NCBI RefSeq assembly: GCF_028641065.1
Contig: NC_073382.1
Coordinates: forward strand, 59,396,001 to 59,460,000
Length of the DNA: 64,000 nucleotides
Direction: 5' to 3'
DNA from: Leucoraja erinacea
Taxonomy: Eukaryota
Shown here: positions 38,557 to 50,821 of the stretch, piece by piece
Position numbering within the stretch: position 1 is the stretch's first letter
Layout: each line of letters opens with the position of its first letter
Program-made: the position numbers and the translations under genes
The notes under the pieces: model-generated
Database searches by the model: none
Seen by the model: the letters and a program-made list of their open reading frames with translations, nothing else
Told to the model about the DNA's origin: nothing

Positions 38557-40122
38557 TGTAACAATAGGATTGTTTATTTAAGTACTGTTGTACAGGGGAC
38601 TGTTTTACTGTTGTACGGGGGACTGTTTTAGAGGTGACACTGGGCTCGTGGCCCAGTTGCAGATAAGGGTACAGAGGCAGATGGATGAACTGCACAAAGC
38701 CAATAAAGTTCAAGTAAGCAAAGCTGCTTTAATCGTCCATTATGTATCGTCCAGATAGAGACAGAACATAATGAAACATGGTGGCAGCGGTGGACGTCGA
38801 AAATTGTCTATGAAAGAAAAAAAAAAAGACACTAGAAAAAAAAAAAAACATTAGCTAGCGATGGAAGGACTAAGACCCCCTGGAACTTTGGTTTTGAACT
38901 CCAACAACTTGGCAAAGTCATGGAAAAGTTGGAAGGAGGAGTTCACACTGTACATAGACCTTACCATGCCAGATGCCGTAGAGACCACAAAAGTCAAGCT
39001 ATTCTACTATCTCATCGGAGAAAAAGGCAGGGAACTTTGGGCAACTTTGTCGAGTGCTAGCCCTTCAGCGAGGACCACAGTTAGTTCAATGATCATACAG
39101 TTGGATGAGTACTGCAACCCAAAGGTAAACGAGACTGTGGAAAGGTACCGATTCTTCATGAGGAACCAAGGATTGGATGAAAACGTGGACAGCTATGTAA
39201 CAGACTTGAAAATACTTGCTAGTAGTTGCAACTTTGGGGACATTAGAGATTCTTTGATTAGAGACCGACTTGTGTGTGGTACAAATAGCTCAGCACTGAG
39301 GGAGAGATTACTCAGGGAAGAGAAGCTGACTCTTGAGACATGCCTGCACATTTGTAGAGCTACAGAGCTGTCAAGGGAGAATAGCAGAACACTGCAAGGA
39401 CAGACAGCGGAGGAGGTACATGCACTGAAACAGGCAGAAGAGAGACAAAAAGACAATGAGATACTGTGCAAGTTTTGTGGTAGAACACACGAGAGGAATA
39501 AGAAAAAATGCACAGCTTTTGGGAAAAAGTGTAAGAGGTGTGGGAAGGAAAATCATTTTGCAGTTCAGTGCAGATCAAGACAAGCGAGCAGTTGGAAAAC
39601 TAAGAAAGTGCATGCAGTTACAGAGCAGACTAGTGACAGTGACTCTTATGAGGATGTCAACTGTATAACTGAAGCAAATAGAGAGGATGAAACTGTAAAC
39701 CAGGTTAAAAACAGCCACAGTCAGGGCCAGCAGCTCTTTGCAGGAATGAAGATAGGGGAAAAAACTGATGTTTTGAACTGTTGATTTATTATTGTTTATG
39801 TTGTTAGATCTGTTGTAAATGAGCAGAGCATATGGTACAAGTTTGCTGCACTAGAATACCTAAGGGGAAGAGACTTAACTTGAAAAAAGAAAAAGAAAGA
39901 TGTAACAATAGGATTGTTTATTTAAGTACTGTTGTACGGGGGACTGTTTTACTGTTGTACGGGGGACTGTTTTAGAGGTGACACTGGGCTCGTGGCCCAG
40001 TTGCAGATAAGGGTACAGAGGCAGATGGATGAACTGCACAAAGCCAATAAAGTTCAAGTAAGCAAAGCTGCTTTAATCGTCCATTATGTATCGTCCAGAT
40101 AGAGACAGAACATAATGAAACA
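38557..40122 (+). mobile_element. Gag-only Gypsy (Mag-like) LTR retrotransposon, 1566 bp
   Basis: 222-bp LTRs (38557-38778 and 39901-40122), TG..CA, 1 mismatch seen. 5-bp TSD GAACT. PBS TGGTGGCAGCGGTGG (tRNA-Leu). Polypurine tract ends at 39900. Confidence 0.95.
38861..39784 (+). CDS. Retrotransposon Gag with two zinc knuckles; ends just before where protease would begin
   Basis: Uninterrupted 307 aa; IRDRLVCG, CKFCGRTH..C and CKRCGKENHFAVQC motifs. Confidence 0.85.
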   Translation: MEGLRPPGTLVLNSNNLAKSWKSWKEEFTLYIDLTMPDAVETTKVKLFYYLIGEKGRELWATLSSASPSARTTVSSMIIQLDEYCNPKVNETVERYRFFMRNQGLDENVDSYVTDLKILASSCNFGDIRDSLIRDRLVCGTNSSALRERLLREEKLTLETCLHICRATELSRENSRTLQGQTAEEVHALKQAEERQKDNEILCKFCGRTHERNKKKCTAFGKKCKRCGKENHFAVQCRSRQASSWKTKKVHAVTEQTSDSDSYEDVNCITEANREDETVNQVKNSHSQGQQLFAGMKIGEKTDVLNC

Positions 40123-40418
40123 GAACTGACCTCAACAACCCTTATCCTACTTCAGCAATTGAACACTTTGCATGCAATACCATGGACATGTTTTCTAATT
40201 GTATCTTCACACTACATGACTGTCTTTTTATTGCAGTTTTTTTCTTTTCGCTATGTTGATAATTTGTTTTTTTGTACGTTCTCCGAGTCTGTGTGCCTGC
40301 AAAGCTGCTGCAAGCATGATTTTCATTGACCTGTACCTCACCATACTTGTGCATATAACATGAAATACTCAACTTGACTTGGAATCTAAGTCTAAAAGGA
40401 TAAAATCTAAAGAGGGCC

Positions 40419-42875
40419 AGTAACACAAAGAACCATCAGCCACCAACGCGCCGGGTTCTGGAGAAGTTCCCACGGTCACAACACCGACCATCACTCATCA
40501 CCACTGGTGGCATCAACATCGAGCAAACCTGTGAAGTGGTGGAACTTCTGCAAGCCCAACTGGGACAAGTTCCAACAACTTACCAACGCAGCTGCCTCGG
40601 GCCTTCCTCCCCCAGACAGTACCAACCTGGACTCTTCCTACCAAGCCTACTGCAACATGCTTATCAGTGCAGGCAAGAAAACCATCCCCTGTGGCTACCA
40701 GAGGGATGACATTCCATGTTGGGATGATGAGTGTCAACAGCTATATGACGATCATACTGCTGCTGGCACCAAAGAGGATTCTGAAACCACTGCCACTACA
40801 TTGCTCACACGCTTGGATGTGAAACGACAAAAACGCTGGATTGAGACGGTTGAATCGATCGACTTCACCCATTCGAGCCGTAAAGCGTGGCACACAGTCA
40901 ACCGCCTGACCGGCAGAGCTACATCCAAACCCAGCAAATGCCCAGTGACCGGCAACGCAATCGCATCTCAATTAGTCAAGAATGGTCGATTCACAAACTC
41001 TGACCGTGATTTCTCGCGCGAAGTGAGCAAAGAGGTGGCCGAGTCATGGAAAACTGACAGAGTGGATACGGACCTAACAATGGCTTTCACCTCCGAGGAA
41101 ATGGCCACAGCACTCAATGTTGAAAGCAGGAAATGCCCCCGGATCTGACAGCATACACCCAGAGTTTCTACTACATTCTGGAGATGCTGCTACCAACTGG
41201 ATCCGACAGTACCTGTCAATCTCCATAGAGAAGTGCAAAATCCCAAAGATCTGGCATCGTGCAACAGTCATCGCTCTCCCGAAGCCGAACAAGCCAAAGG
41301 ATGATCCTAAAAGCTACCGGCCCATCTCGCTCCTCTGCATCCCGTACAAGCTCCTTGAGAGGCTGATCCACGGACGTATCAACCCCATCATAGACCCTCA
41401 ACTACCCCACGAGCAGGCTGGTTTCCGCCATGGTCGATCTACTGCGGACCAGGTAACCCTCCTCACCCAAAACATCGAGGATTGCTTTGAGGCAAATGAG
41501 AAGGCAGGAGCTGTTCTTATAAATCTGACAGCTGCCTATGACACCGTGTGGCACCGGGGACTAACTGCAAAGCTACTTCGGCAAAGCTGCCAGACAGGCG
41601 CATGGTACGCCACATCATGGAGCTGATATCAAACCGCAGCTATGTGCTTAAGACCAGTGATGGACAGCAGAGTAGGCTACGTAGACTGAAGAATGGCATC
41701 CCACAGGGATCTGTCTTGGCTCTGCTGCTTTTCAACGTGTACATCCATGATCTCCCAGAGACCATTGCTGGAAAATATGGGTATGCTGACGATCTCGCCA
41801 TCCTGATGAGACACAAAGAGTGGAAGACAGACATGCTCCTTGAGTCAAGACATGGGGACTTTGGCAGTATACTTACGACAGTGGTGTCTAAAGCTGAGCG
41901 AAGGCAAAACAGTGCCAACAGCATTCCATCTAAACAACAAGGAAGCTAAGCGAGAGCTAGTTGTCTTCGTTAACAACAGGAGCTTGGACTTCCAACAAAC
42001 ACCCACATACCTCGGCGTAAAGCTGGACAGGTTGCTTACATTTCGTCAACACCTGGCTGGTCTCCACGACAAGGCCATGGCACGTAGTGGCCTCATCCGA
42101 CGACTGGCAGGAACAAGTTTGGGAGCCAGTCCATCAACTCTTCGCACCTCTGCCTTAGCTCTTGATTTTGCCCCAGCTGAGTACTGTGCACCCGTATGGA
42201 GTAGAGGTAGAAATACTAGCCTGGTATACAGGAGCCTGAACAGCATCTTGCGAACCATCACTGGGTGCCTTCAACCTACTCCAATCAAGCAGCTCCCTAT
42301 ACTTGCAGGCATTCCGCCTGCATGGAACTGAAGGAAAGCAGCAACTCTGGCACTATCTTGTCGTGCCATGGGCCCTGATCACCTCCTCCATCAGGCTATC
42401 AGCAGAGAGCAGAGGCCACCCCGACTGAAATACTGTCACCCCTTTGCTCCACATGGAAAACAACTTCTAGCATCCATCCAGCCAACTGAGACAAAAGCAC
42501 ACTGGATAGCCACTAAGTGGTCACAGGAGCGGAAGGCAATCTCATCTCCATTACACAGCTACATCTCTTCACCAGATAAAAGCTGTCCAGGGTCTGACCT
42601 CCCCAGAGGAGCATGGATGAAGCTCAACAGACCTTGTACTGGAGTTGGGTGGTTCAATGCCAGCATGTGGGGATGGGGACTCCGCCAGAGCCCAGCCTGT
42701 GAATGTGGAACAGAACAACAGACAGCCAACCATGTCATCTCTGGATGCCCGCTCTACCACCCACCAAATGGAGCTCAGGGTCTGGCAGACATTGACGCAG
42801 AGACAACAACCTTGCTGCTCAACACCCGGCTTGAGATCTAACTATTCCTTTGGTTTAGGTTTCATTCGCAAGAAG
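40419..42875 (+). mobile_element. 5'-truncated Ingi/Vingi-like LINE (APE end, RT, C-terminal zinc finger), frameshifted
   Basis: YRPISLL, QAGFR, GIPQGSVLA, YADD and CECG..TANH..CP motifs; short (AAG)n tail; TSD AAGAGGGCC at 40410-40418 and 42876-42884. Confidence 0.8.
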
Positions 42876-44753
42876 AAGAGGGCCTGGTTTTTCAGGAGTG
42901 AAGTTAGAAACAACTTCAATGTACAAAAGGTGATTGAACCGTGTAATTTCAATGGTCAAAGCTGGAATTTAAATCTGAGTTTAGAACTACTTTATCAATA
43001 AAATCTCTGAATGAAAATGAGGGGAACAAACAACTTTACATAGTTTGACCACAGATCAGCTATGATCTAAATGAATGGTGTCAAAATGGACAACTATCCG
43101 ACCACACAGAGGTATGTCATTAATTTCAACATGTCTTTGTAAACAATTTCCTTAATGCAAGTATAATGATCATATTTACCTAGCTTTTTCCCATACCTCT
43201 TCAACCAATTTATTTATACCATGCATAAATAAGTGTAAAGGTGGGGGACTTGTTATTCTCGTTAACAACAAATGGTGCAACCCTGGTCACATCACAGTTA
43301 AGGACATTGTGTGTAGCCCGGACATTGAACTGATGGCTGTGGGTCCACGTCCATATTATAAGCCCAGGGTATTCTCGCACGCAATTGTGGTGGCTGTTTA
43401 TGTTCCTCCATCCGCCAATCCTCTGCGCGTGTGTGACGTTATCCACACAGCCACCACGAGACACCAGACACAATACCCGAGTGCTTTCATCGCTATCTCA
43501 GGGGACTTCAACCACGTGACTTTGAACGCTATCCTACCCACTTTCACTCAATTTGTTGACTGTCCCACCAGGGATATAAAAACACTGGACCTGTGGTATG
43601 CTAATGTAAAGAGGCGTACAGCTCCATATCCCTTCCGCCACTGGGAAGATCCGACCACAACCTGGTTCCCCTCCTACCCAGGTATAAGCCAATGGTCCAG
43701 AGGCTGCCTGTTACTACAAGGTCAGTGGACACAGGGGGCCTATGATGCTCTACAGGGCTGTTTTGAGGACACAGACTAGGACCCCACACTCTGTAGTCCC
43801 CATGGAGAGGACATTGATTGACTCACAGACTGTGTTACCAGCTACATAATGTTCTGTGTGAAAAATACTGAGGAGACTGTCCACTGTTTTCCCAACAACA
43901 AGCCCTGGGTCACTAATGACATAAAAGCCCTTCTCAACCAGAAGAGGGCCTTCAGGAATGGTGACAGGGAGGAGATGAAATGGGTGCAGAAAGACCTAAA
44001 GGCGAGACTAAGACAGGGCAAGGACAACAACAGGAGGAAGCTGGAGCGGAAACTTCAGCAGAACAACATCAGGGATGTGTGGAGCGGAATGAAGAGCATT
44101 ACAGGCTACAACAAGACCAGTGGCCTGGGGAGGGAAAGCAACCAGGACCGGGCCAATGAGCTAAACCTGTTTTTTTAAATAGATTTGATGGTGGGGCCTC
44201 TGCCGACCCTCCCCCCTGCTCCCCGTCAGTCTCTTCCCCTCAATCCTCCTGGTCCACTTTATTTGCCGAGCCTTACCATCAAGGCCGAGCAGGTGAGGAA
44301 GGAGCTGAGCAGACTCCGTCCAGGAAAAGTTACGAGTCCCTAGGGTACTCAAGGCGTGTGCCAGTCAGTTGCGTGGAGTACTACAGCATATTTTCAACCT
44401 GAGCCTGGAGAGGGTTCCTGTGATGTGGAAGACATCCTGCCTGTTTCCTGTACCAAAGAGGACGCTCCCCAGCTCCTCCAATGACTACAGACTGGTGGTG
44501 CTGAATTCACACATCAGGAAGTCCCTGGAGAGGCTGGTGCTCATTCACCTGCAACCCCTGCTTAAATCCTAAATGGGGTCCCCTGCAGTTTGCTTACCAA
44601 GCAAAGATGGGGGTTGAGGACGCCAGCATCCACCTGCTCCATCGTTCCTATGCTCACTTGGATGAGCCGGGAAGCATTGTGAGAGATGTTTTTTACTTCT
44701 CCAGTGTTTTTAACACAATCCGGCCTGAACTGCTAGGGAGCAAACTGACGAAG

Positions 44754-45502
44754 ATTTGATTTGATTTGATTCTATTATTGTCATTCAGACCTTTTGGTCT
44801 GAACGAAATTTCGTTGCCTGCAGTCATACACAATAATAATAAATAACAAAACATACAATAAACACAAATTAACATCCACCACAGTGAGTTCACCAAGCAC
44901 CTCCTCACTGTGATGGAGGCAAAAGTCTTAGTCTTTGTCTCTTCCTTCCTTGTTCTCCCTCTGCGCTGAGGCGATCCAGGCCGAAGATGCCGCCCTCCAG
45001 TCCAGCGGACCTCCGAAGTGATGTTGCCGCTGCCGAAAGCCGGAACGCCGTCTCTGCTCCGAGTCGGCCTGCCACAGCCTCAGCTCCAAGTTGGGCCGCT
45101 GCCGAAAGCTGGAACACCGCCTCAGCGAGTCGGGCCACCGCCGCCTCAGCTCCGAGTCCCGCCGCCTCAGCTCCGAGTCCCGCTGCCTCAGCTCTGAGTC
45201 CCGCCGCCTCAGCTCCTAGTCGGGCCATAGCTGAAAGCGAGTCGGGCCGCCGCTGCCTCAGCCCCGAAGTCGGCCAGCCTCGCGTTGCAAGTCCTGGCAG
45301 GCTCTGCCTCCAGAGCCTCGAGGTGGGTCACAGTTGGAGACCGCCAGCTCTGCCATTAGGCCTCAGCGCAGACGGAGGCAGAGAAGGGGGATACGACAAG
45401 AAGTCACATTCCCCCGAAGGAAGAGACAAAAAAACATGTTTCACCCCCCCCCCCCCCCCCCCATAACACAACCTAATAAACTAAAATTTAACTAAAACAA
45501 GA

Positions 45503-45534
<32 letters not shown>

Positions 45535-45585
45535 AGACGGACTGCAGGCGAGCCGCAGCTGTTCAACAGCGCCGCCACTTCCGGA
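44754..45585 (-). mobile_element. Non-autonomous LINE-dependent element with an internal 21-bp tandem repeat
   Basis: (ATCAA)n tail; GCCGCCTCAGCTCCGAGTCCC repeats at ~45140-45220; related to 23966-24682. Confidence 0.7.
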
Positions 45586-45989
45586 CAACGGGTGGATGCT
45601 CCATTGGTATCCTCGATCACCAACTACCCGACTGGACTACCACAATATGTCACGCAACAGAACTGTGTCTCGGACATGGTGGTGAGCAACACACGAGCCC
45701 CACAGGGGACGGTCCTTTCTCCCTTCCTGTTTACACCTCAGACTTCAGACATAGCTCCACCTCCTGCCACCTGCAGAGGTTTTCAGATGGCTCTGCAATT
45801 GTGGGCTGCATCAGTGAGGGGAGGGAAGCTGAATACAGAGGTGTAGTCAACGAATTTGTTGAGTGGTGTGGGCTGAATCACTGCAGCTCAACACCGACAA
45901 TATCTAAAGAGTTGGTGGTGGAGTTTAGGAGGAGAGGAACACCCCTGTCCCTTGTCGCCATCATTGGTGTGGATGTGCAGTTTACCAGG

Positions 45990-47281
45990 GACTGGTTATG
46001 CAGCATATCAAAAATAGTCTACCTGCCGACCTAGACCCACTGCAGTTCGCCTACAGAGCCAACCGATCCACAGAGGACGCAGTCTCAACAACACTGAACC
46101 TCGTACTGTCACACTTTGATCGGAAAAATACCTATGCCAGGATCCTCTTCATAGACTTCAGCTCTGCTTTTAACACAATCATTCCACAGCAGCTGGTGGA
46201 GAAGTTGAAGCTATTGGCGGTTGATGCTGGCACATGTAACTGGGTCCTGAACTTTCTATCGCAACGGCAGCAGACAGTCAGGGTGGGCAGTAGGACATCA
46301 AAAACCATAGCCATGAGCACTGGCTCGCCCCAAGGCTGTGTCCTAAGCCCCCTGCTGTTTAGTCTGCTTACACACGACTGTACTGCTAGACTCAACATCA
46401 ACTTCATCAACAAGCTCGCTGAAGACACAACAGCGGTGGGTCTCATCAGTGACAATGAGTCGGCGTACAGGATGGAGGTGGAGCTGCTCACAGGATGGTG
46501 CAAATCCCATAACCACATTCTCAACGTGGGAAAAACTAAGGAGATGGTGGTTGACTTCAGGAGGGCAGGAAAACAACTCCATACACCTCTGCATATCGAT
46601 GGAGCTGATGTGGAAAGGGTCAGCAGCGTGACATTTCTAGGACTCCACCTGTCAGATGACCTGACGTCCATGACCAACACCACAGCACTGGCCAAGAGAG
46701 CCCAGCAGCGACTACACCCTCCCCGAAGACTACGGAAAGCAGGTCTCCCCAATACACACCTACGAACTTTTTTATAGGGGGACAGTCGAGAGCACATTAA
46801 CCTACGGCATCACTTTCTGGTTCGGGAGCTGCAAGGCGTACGAACGGCACCAACTAGACAGGATTGTGAAGACCGCCAGCAGGATTATTGGTGCTCCACT
46901 CCCTTTCCTGCTGGACATATACAGGAAGAGATGTATCAGCAGAGCCATCTCCATCATCAAAGACCCCTACCACCCATCGCATCACATATTCTCCATCCTG
47001 CCATCTGGGAAGAGGTACAGGAGCATTAGCTGCAAAACCAGCAGGATGCTCCTCAGCTTCTGAGGAGCCACTGTCGTGCCGCTGCCGATCGGAACGCCTG
47101 TTGATGTTTAGTAGAGAGTAGAGTGTTTAATTTGTTCATGATGATATATGTATTTTTATTTCTATTTATTTTTTACTGCACACTGAATGGACACTGGTTG
47201 AGCAACATTTTTTTGTTTTCTCTGGGTATGTGAGTACTCAGGAAAATGACAATAAAGATATACTTGATATTTGATACTTGA
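45990..47281 (+). mobile_element. 5'-truncated Rex1/Babar-like LINE (RT)
   Basis: ORF 45998-46777 ([28 protein letters not shown]); (GATACTT)-like tail. Confidence 0.85.
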
Positions 47282-48976
47282 AATACCTTGTAGTGTACGT
47301 GGACAGTAAATTGGACTGGTCCAGGAGCTGAGGCCCTGTACAAGAAGGGACAGAGCAGGCTGTACTTTTTGAGAAGGCTCCGCTCCTTCAATGTCTGCAG
47401 TGAGATGCTGCAGATGTTCTAGCCATTGGTGGTAGCCAGTGCCATCTTCTTCATTGTCATGTGCTGCAGCAGCAGGGCGAAGGCTGCGGACGCCAATAGG
47501 AATAACAAACTCATCAGGAACATTTGGCTCTGTCCTGGGGGAGGAGTTGGATTCTTGGGAGGTGCTCTTGGAGGGGAGGATGCTTCTCAAACTGTGGAGC
47601 ATCCTGGACAATACAGCTCACCCCCTCCATGACACACTGGTCAACCTGAGGAGTACCTTCAGCAACAGACTGGTTCCAACAAGATGCAGGACAGAACGCC
47701 GCAGGAGATCCTTCTTGCCTGTGGCTATCAAACTTTGCAACTCCTCACCCTTCTGTCGTTGGGTAGACCGAGACCGAGACTGACCCCCCCCCCCCCCCCC
47801 CACCTTTGCACATCCCCAAAGCCTTACCAGTCGTCACTTTATTTTCATTTCATGTATTTTGTGTTTTAGAAATTTTAGTACATTTTAGAATATTAGGAAA
47901 GCAGCAAAAGATCAGTCTATATTCTCCAAAAAATGCAAGATAAACTCAAATCAATCATATTGCTAGAATCAATTTAACATTTGTTTTGCTTATTTTAAAA
48001 TATCTAAAGTGGCATCATAAAACACAATCTTCATTCTCACAGTTCTCTTCATTTTTAGTAATGAATCATTTGTAAAGTTCCACAAATTATAAATGGGTAG
48101 CACAGCATCTAAAAAAGGAGATAAAACAGCACTGTTGGCAATACTTAACCGGTAAAACATGGTCTAGAGGAGTTGAGATAACTATTACCATAAGACAAAA
48201 AATTTGCACACATCTTTCGTGGCAACTATTATCACATTTAAGGCATTCATACAGGTTTTCAAAAAGGAGACTGATTAATAAGCATTTGTTATTTCACACA
48301 GCTTATTTTACAGTAACTTCAAAAGGTTTATCAAATTCATCGAACAGACACTCCATGAAATAACCGGCAGAAACAAGGAACTGCAGATGTTGGTTTACAA
48401 AAAAAGACACAGAGTGCTGGAGTAACTCAGCGGGCCAGGCAGCATCTCTGGAGAGGATGGAGTACGTCACCTATCCACGATGTCCAGAGATGCTGCCTGA
48501 CCCAGTGAGTAACCCCAGCACTCTGTCTCCTTTCAGTGAAATAGCATGTGAATACCAGGCATAAATTCATATTTCCAAAGTTTTCATTCTGCTGGTCAAA
48601 GCCATTTCTGCATCACAACAGCTAAACATTGGGTAAATAAATAAATGTTAAAACTTAACTTTAACGTAGCACATACTTTCTAAATGACCAAACAGTTATG
48701 ACCCCTTGGTGCGCTGTGAACCTGTTTTCGTATCCGCTACTTTCGACCCGAAAGCATAATTTGCGCTGACAGCGGATTTGTTATGTAAAAGAAAACCTTT
48801 CCGAATAAAACGCAGTAGATGCAGAAAATTACGGCATCACAGAAAAATGCATTTTTTAATGCAACCATATCATGAGTCACTGCTCCCCACAACTACACAA
48901 TCGCCGTACACTGGGGAGATGAGGCGCACCTGCAATCCACACAAACACTGCATTGTGCAGAGTGCACGGCACTCAC

Positions 48977-49150
48977 CTTGCTTCAACCCAACTTGGTGAC
49001 GAGCCCGTGGTGGAAGCTGGTAGCGCTTCGGCGTACGGACTTTGTAGTTTAACACCAGTTCTTTACACCATTTTCCCCATTGTGATCCCAAAATTGAACT
49101 ACAACTCCCAGAATACAAAGCAACACACATGCGCATTGCCATGCGGATGG
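48977..49150 (-). promoter_or_regulatory. Probable KCTD21 non-coding exon 1 and promoter
   Basis: Minus-strand donor AAG|GTGAGT at 48977/48976. ZNF143-type ACTACAACTCCCAGAATAC at 49098-49116. NRF1-like CATGCGCA at ~49128. Local CpG enrichment. Confidence 0.6.
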
Positions 49151-49480
49151 CTGCAACCAACATTTTAAAGCTAGCGCAGTTCTTTCGTTTTCTGTGCAGG
49201 GTGAATTAAAAGTTCAGACGCTTGGGTTGTTGCGTGCCATGAAACAATGCACAAGCCCACCCCCAGAAAAGAAGCACACGAGTAAATTCTTGCAGTTGCT
49301 GGAAATCTGAAACAAAATAGAAAATGTTAGAGTACTCAGCAGAGTAGACAATATCAATTAAGACAAAAACGGAGTTAGGGTTTCAGGTCGACAAAAATGC
49401 TGGAGAAACTCAGCGGGTGATGCAGCATCTATGGAGAGAAGGTAATAGGCGACGTTACGGGCCGAAATCCTTCTTCAGAC

Positions 49481-49514
49481 CAAAGATACTAGAGGAGCTC
49501 CTCTAGTATCTTTG
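49481..49514. mobile_element. 34-bp perfect palindrome (17+17), putative P-type excision footprint
   Basis: CTTCAGAC|CAAAGATACTAGAGGAG-CTCCTCTAGTATCTTTG|CTTCAGAC. Absent from the related copy at 55.7 kb. Confidence 0.85.
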
Positions 49515-49642
49515 CTTCAGACTGATGTGAGGGTAGGGGCGGGAAGAAGAAGGAAAGAGGTGGAGCCAGTGGGCTGAGGGAGAGTTGAGAAGGGGAGGAG
49601 AAAGTAAGGTCTATCTGAAATTGGAGAAGTCAATGTTCATAC

Positions 49643-49669
49643 CAAAGATCTTCTGCTATAAGATCTTTG
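49643..49669. mobile_element. 27-bp TIR remnant (10+17), putative P-type excision footprint
   Basis: GTTCATAC|CAAAGATCTT-CTGCTATAAGATCTTTG|GTTCATAC. Absent from the related copy at 55.6 kb. Confidence 0.85.
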
Positions 49670-49915
49670 GTTCATACTGCTGGGGTGCAAACTGCCCAAG
49701 CGAAATAGGAGCTGCTGCTCCTCCAATTTACGGTGGTCCACACTCTGGCCATGGAGGAGGCCGAGGACAGAAAGGTCGGATTCAGAATGGGAGGGGGAAT
49801 TGAAGTGCTGAGCCACCGGGAGATCAGGTTGGTTATTGCGAACCGAGCTGAGGTGTTCGGCGAAGCGATCGCCAAGCCTATGCTTGGTCTCACAAATGTA
49901 GAGCAGCTGACATCT

Positions 49916-50821
49916 CAAGTCAAGTCAAGTCAAGTTTATTTGTCACGTACACATACGAGATGTGCAGTGAAATGAAAGTGGCAATGCTCGCGGACTTTTG
50001 TGCAAAAGACAAACAACCAAACAAACCATAAACACAATCATAACACATATATTCTTTTACATAATAAATAATGGAAGGAAAAACGTTAAGTAGAGTTAGT
50101 CCCTGGTGAGATAGGCATTTACAGTCCGAATGGCCTCTGGGAAGAAACTCCTTCTCAACCTCCCCGTTCTCACTGTATGGCAACGGAGGCGTTTGCCTGA
50201 CCATAGCAGCTGGAACAGTCCGTTGCAGAGGTGGAAGGGGTCTCTCATGATATTGTTGGCTCTGGAGTTGCACCTCCTGATGTATAGTTCCTGCAGGGGG
50301 GCAAGTGAAGTTCCCATAGTGCGTTCGGCCGAACGCACTACTCTCTGCAGAGCCTTCTTGTCCTTGGCAGAGCAATTCCCAAACCAGATGGTAATGTTCC
50401 CGGACAAGATGCTTTCCACCGCCGCTGCGTAGAAGCACTGGAGGATCCTCAGAGACACTCTGAATATCCTCAATTGCCTGAGGTGGTAATGGCGCTGCCT
50501 TGCCTTACTCACTAGTGCTGAGGCGTGTGATGCCCATGTCATATCCTCGGAGATGTGGACTCCCAGATATTTAAAACAGTTCACCCTATCCACAGGATCC
50601 CCATTTATCCTCAATGGAGTGTACGTCCTCGGATGATGTGCCCTCCTAAAGTCCACGATCAGCTCCTTCGTTTTTTTGATGTTCAAGAGGAGGCTGTTAT
50701 CCTGGCACCAGAGTGCTAGACCAGCCACCTCCTCCCGGTAGGCCTTCTCTTCGTTGTCTGAGATCAGGCCCACCACCATTCATTTCATTTCACTGCACAT
50801 CAGCAAACTTAATTATTGAGT
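49916..50821 (-). mobile_element. 5'-truncated Rex1/Babar-like LINE
   Basis: ORF 50096-50779 (KTKELIVDFRR, FKYLGVHI); (CTTGA)n tail; TSD CATCT. Confidence 0.85.

Larger units (their letters stand above)
43255..47865 (+). mobile_element. Degraded Rex1/Babar-like LINE interrupted by two insertions
   Basis: APE (ISGDFNH, TLDLWY), NNKPWVT, WKTSCL and PQGTVLSP remnants in collinear order. Confidence 0.75.

Noticed and set aside
38861-39784. Domesticated Gag gene (ARC/PNMA-like)
   Set aside because: Near-identical LTRs, PBS, PPT and TSD indicate a recent insertion rather than a domesticated gene.
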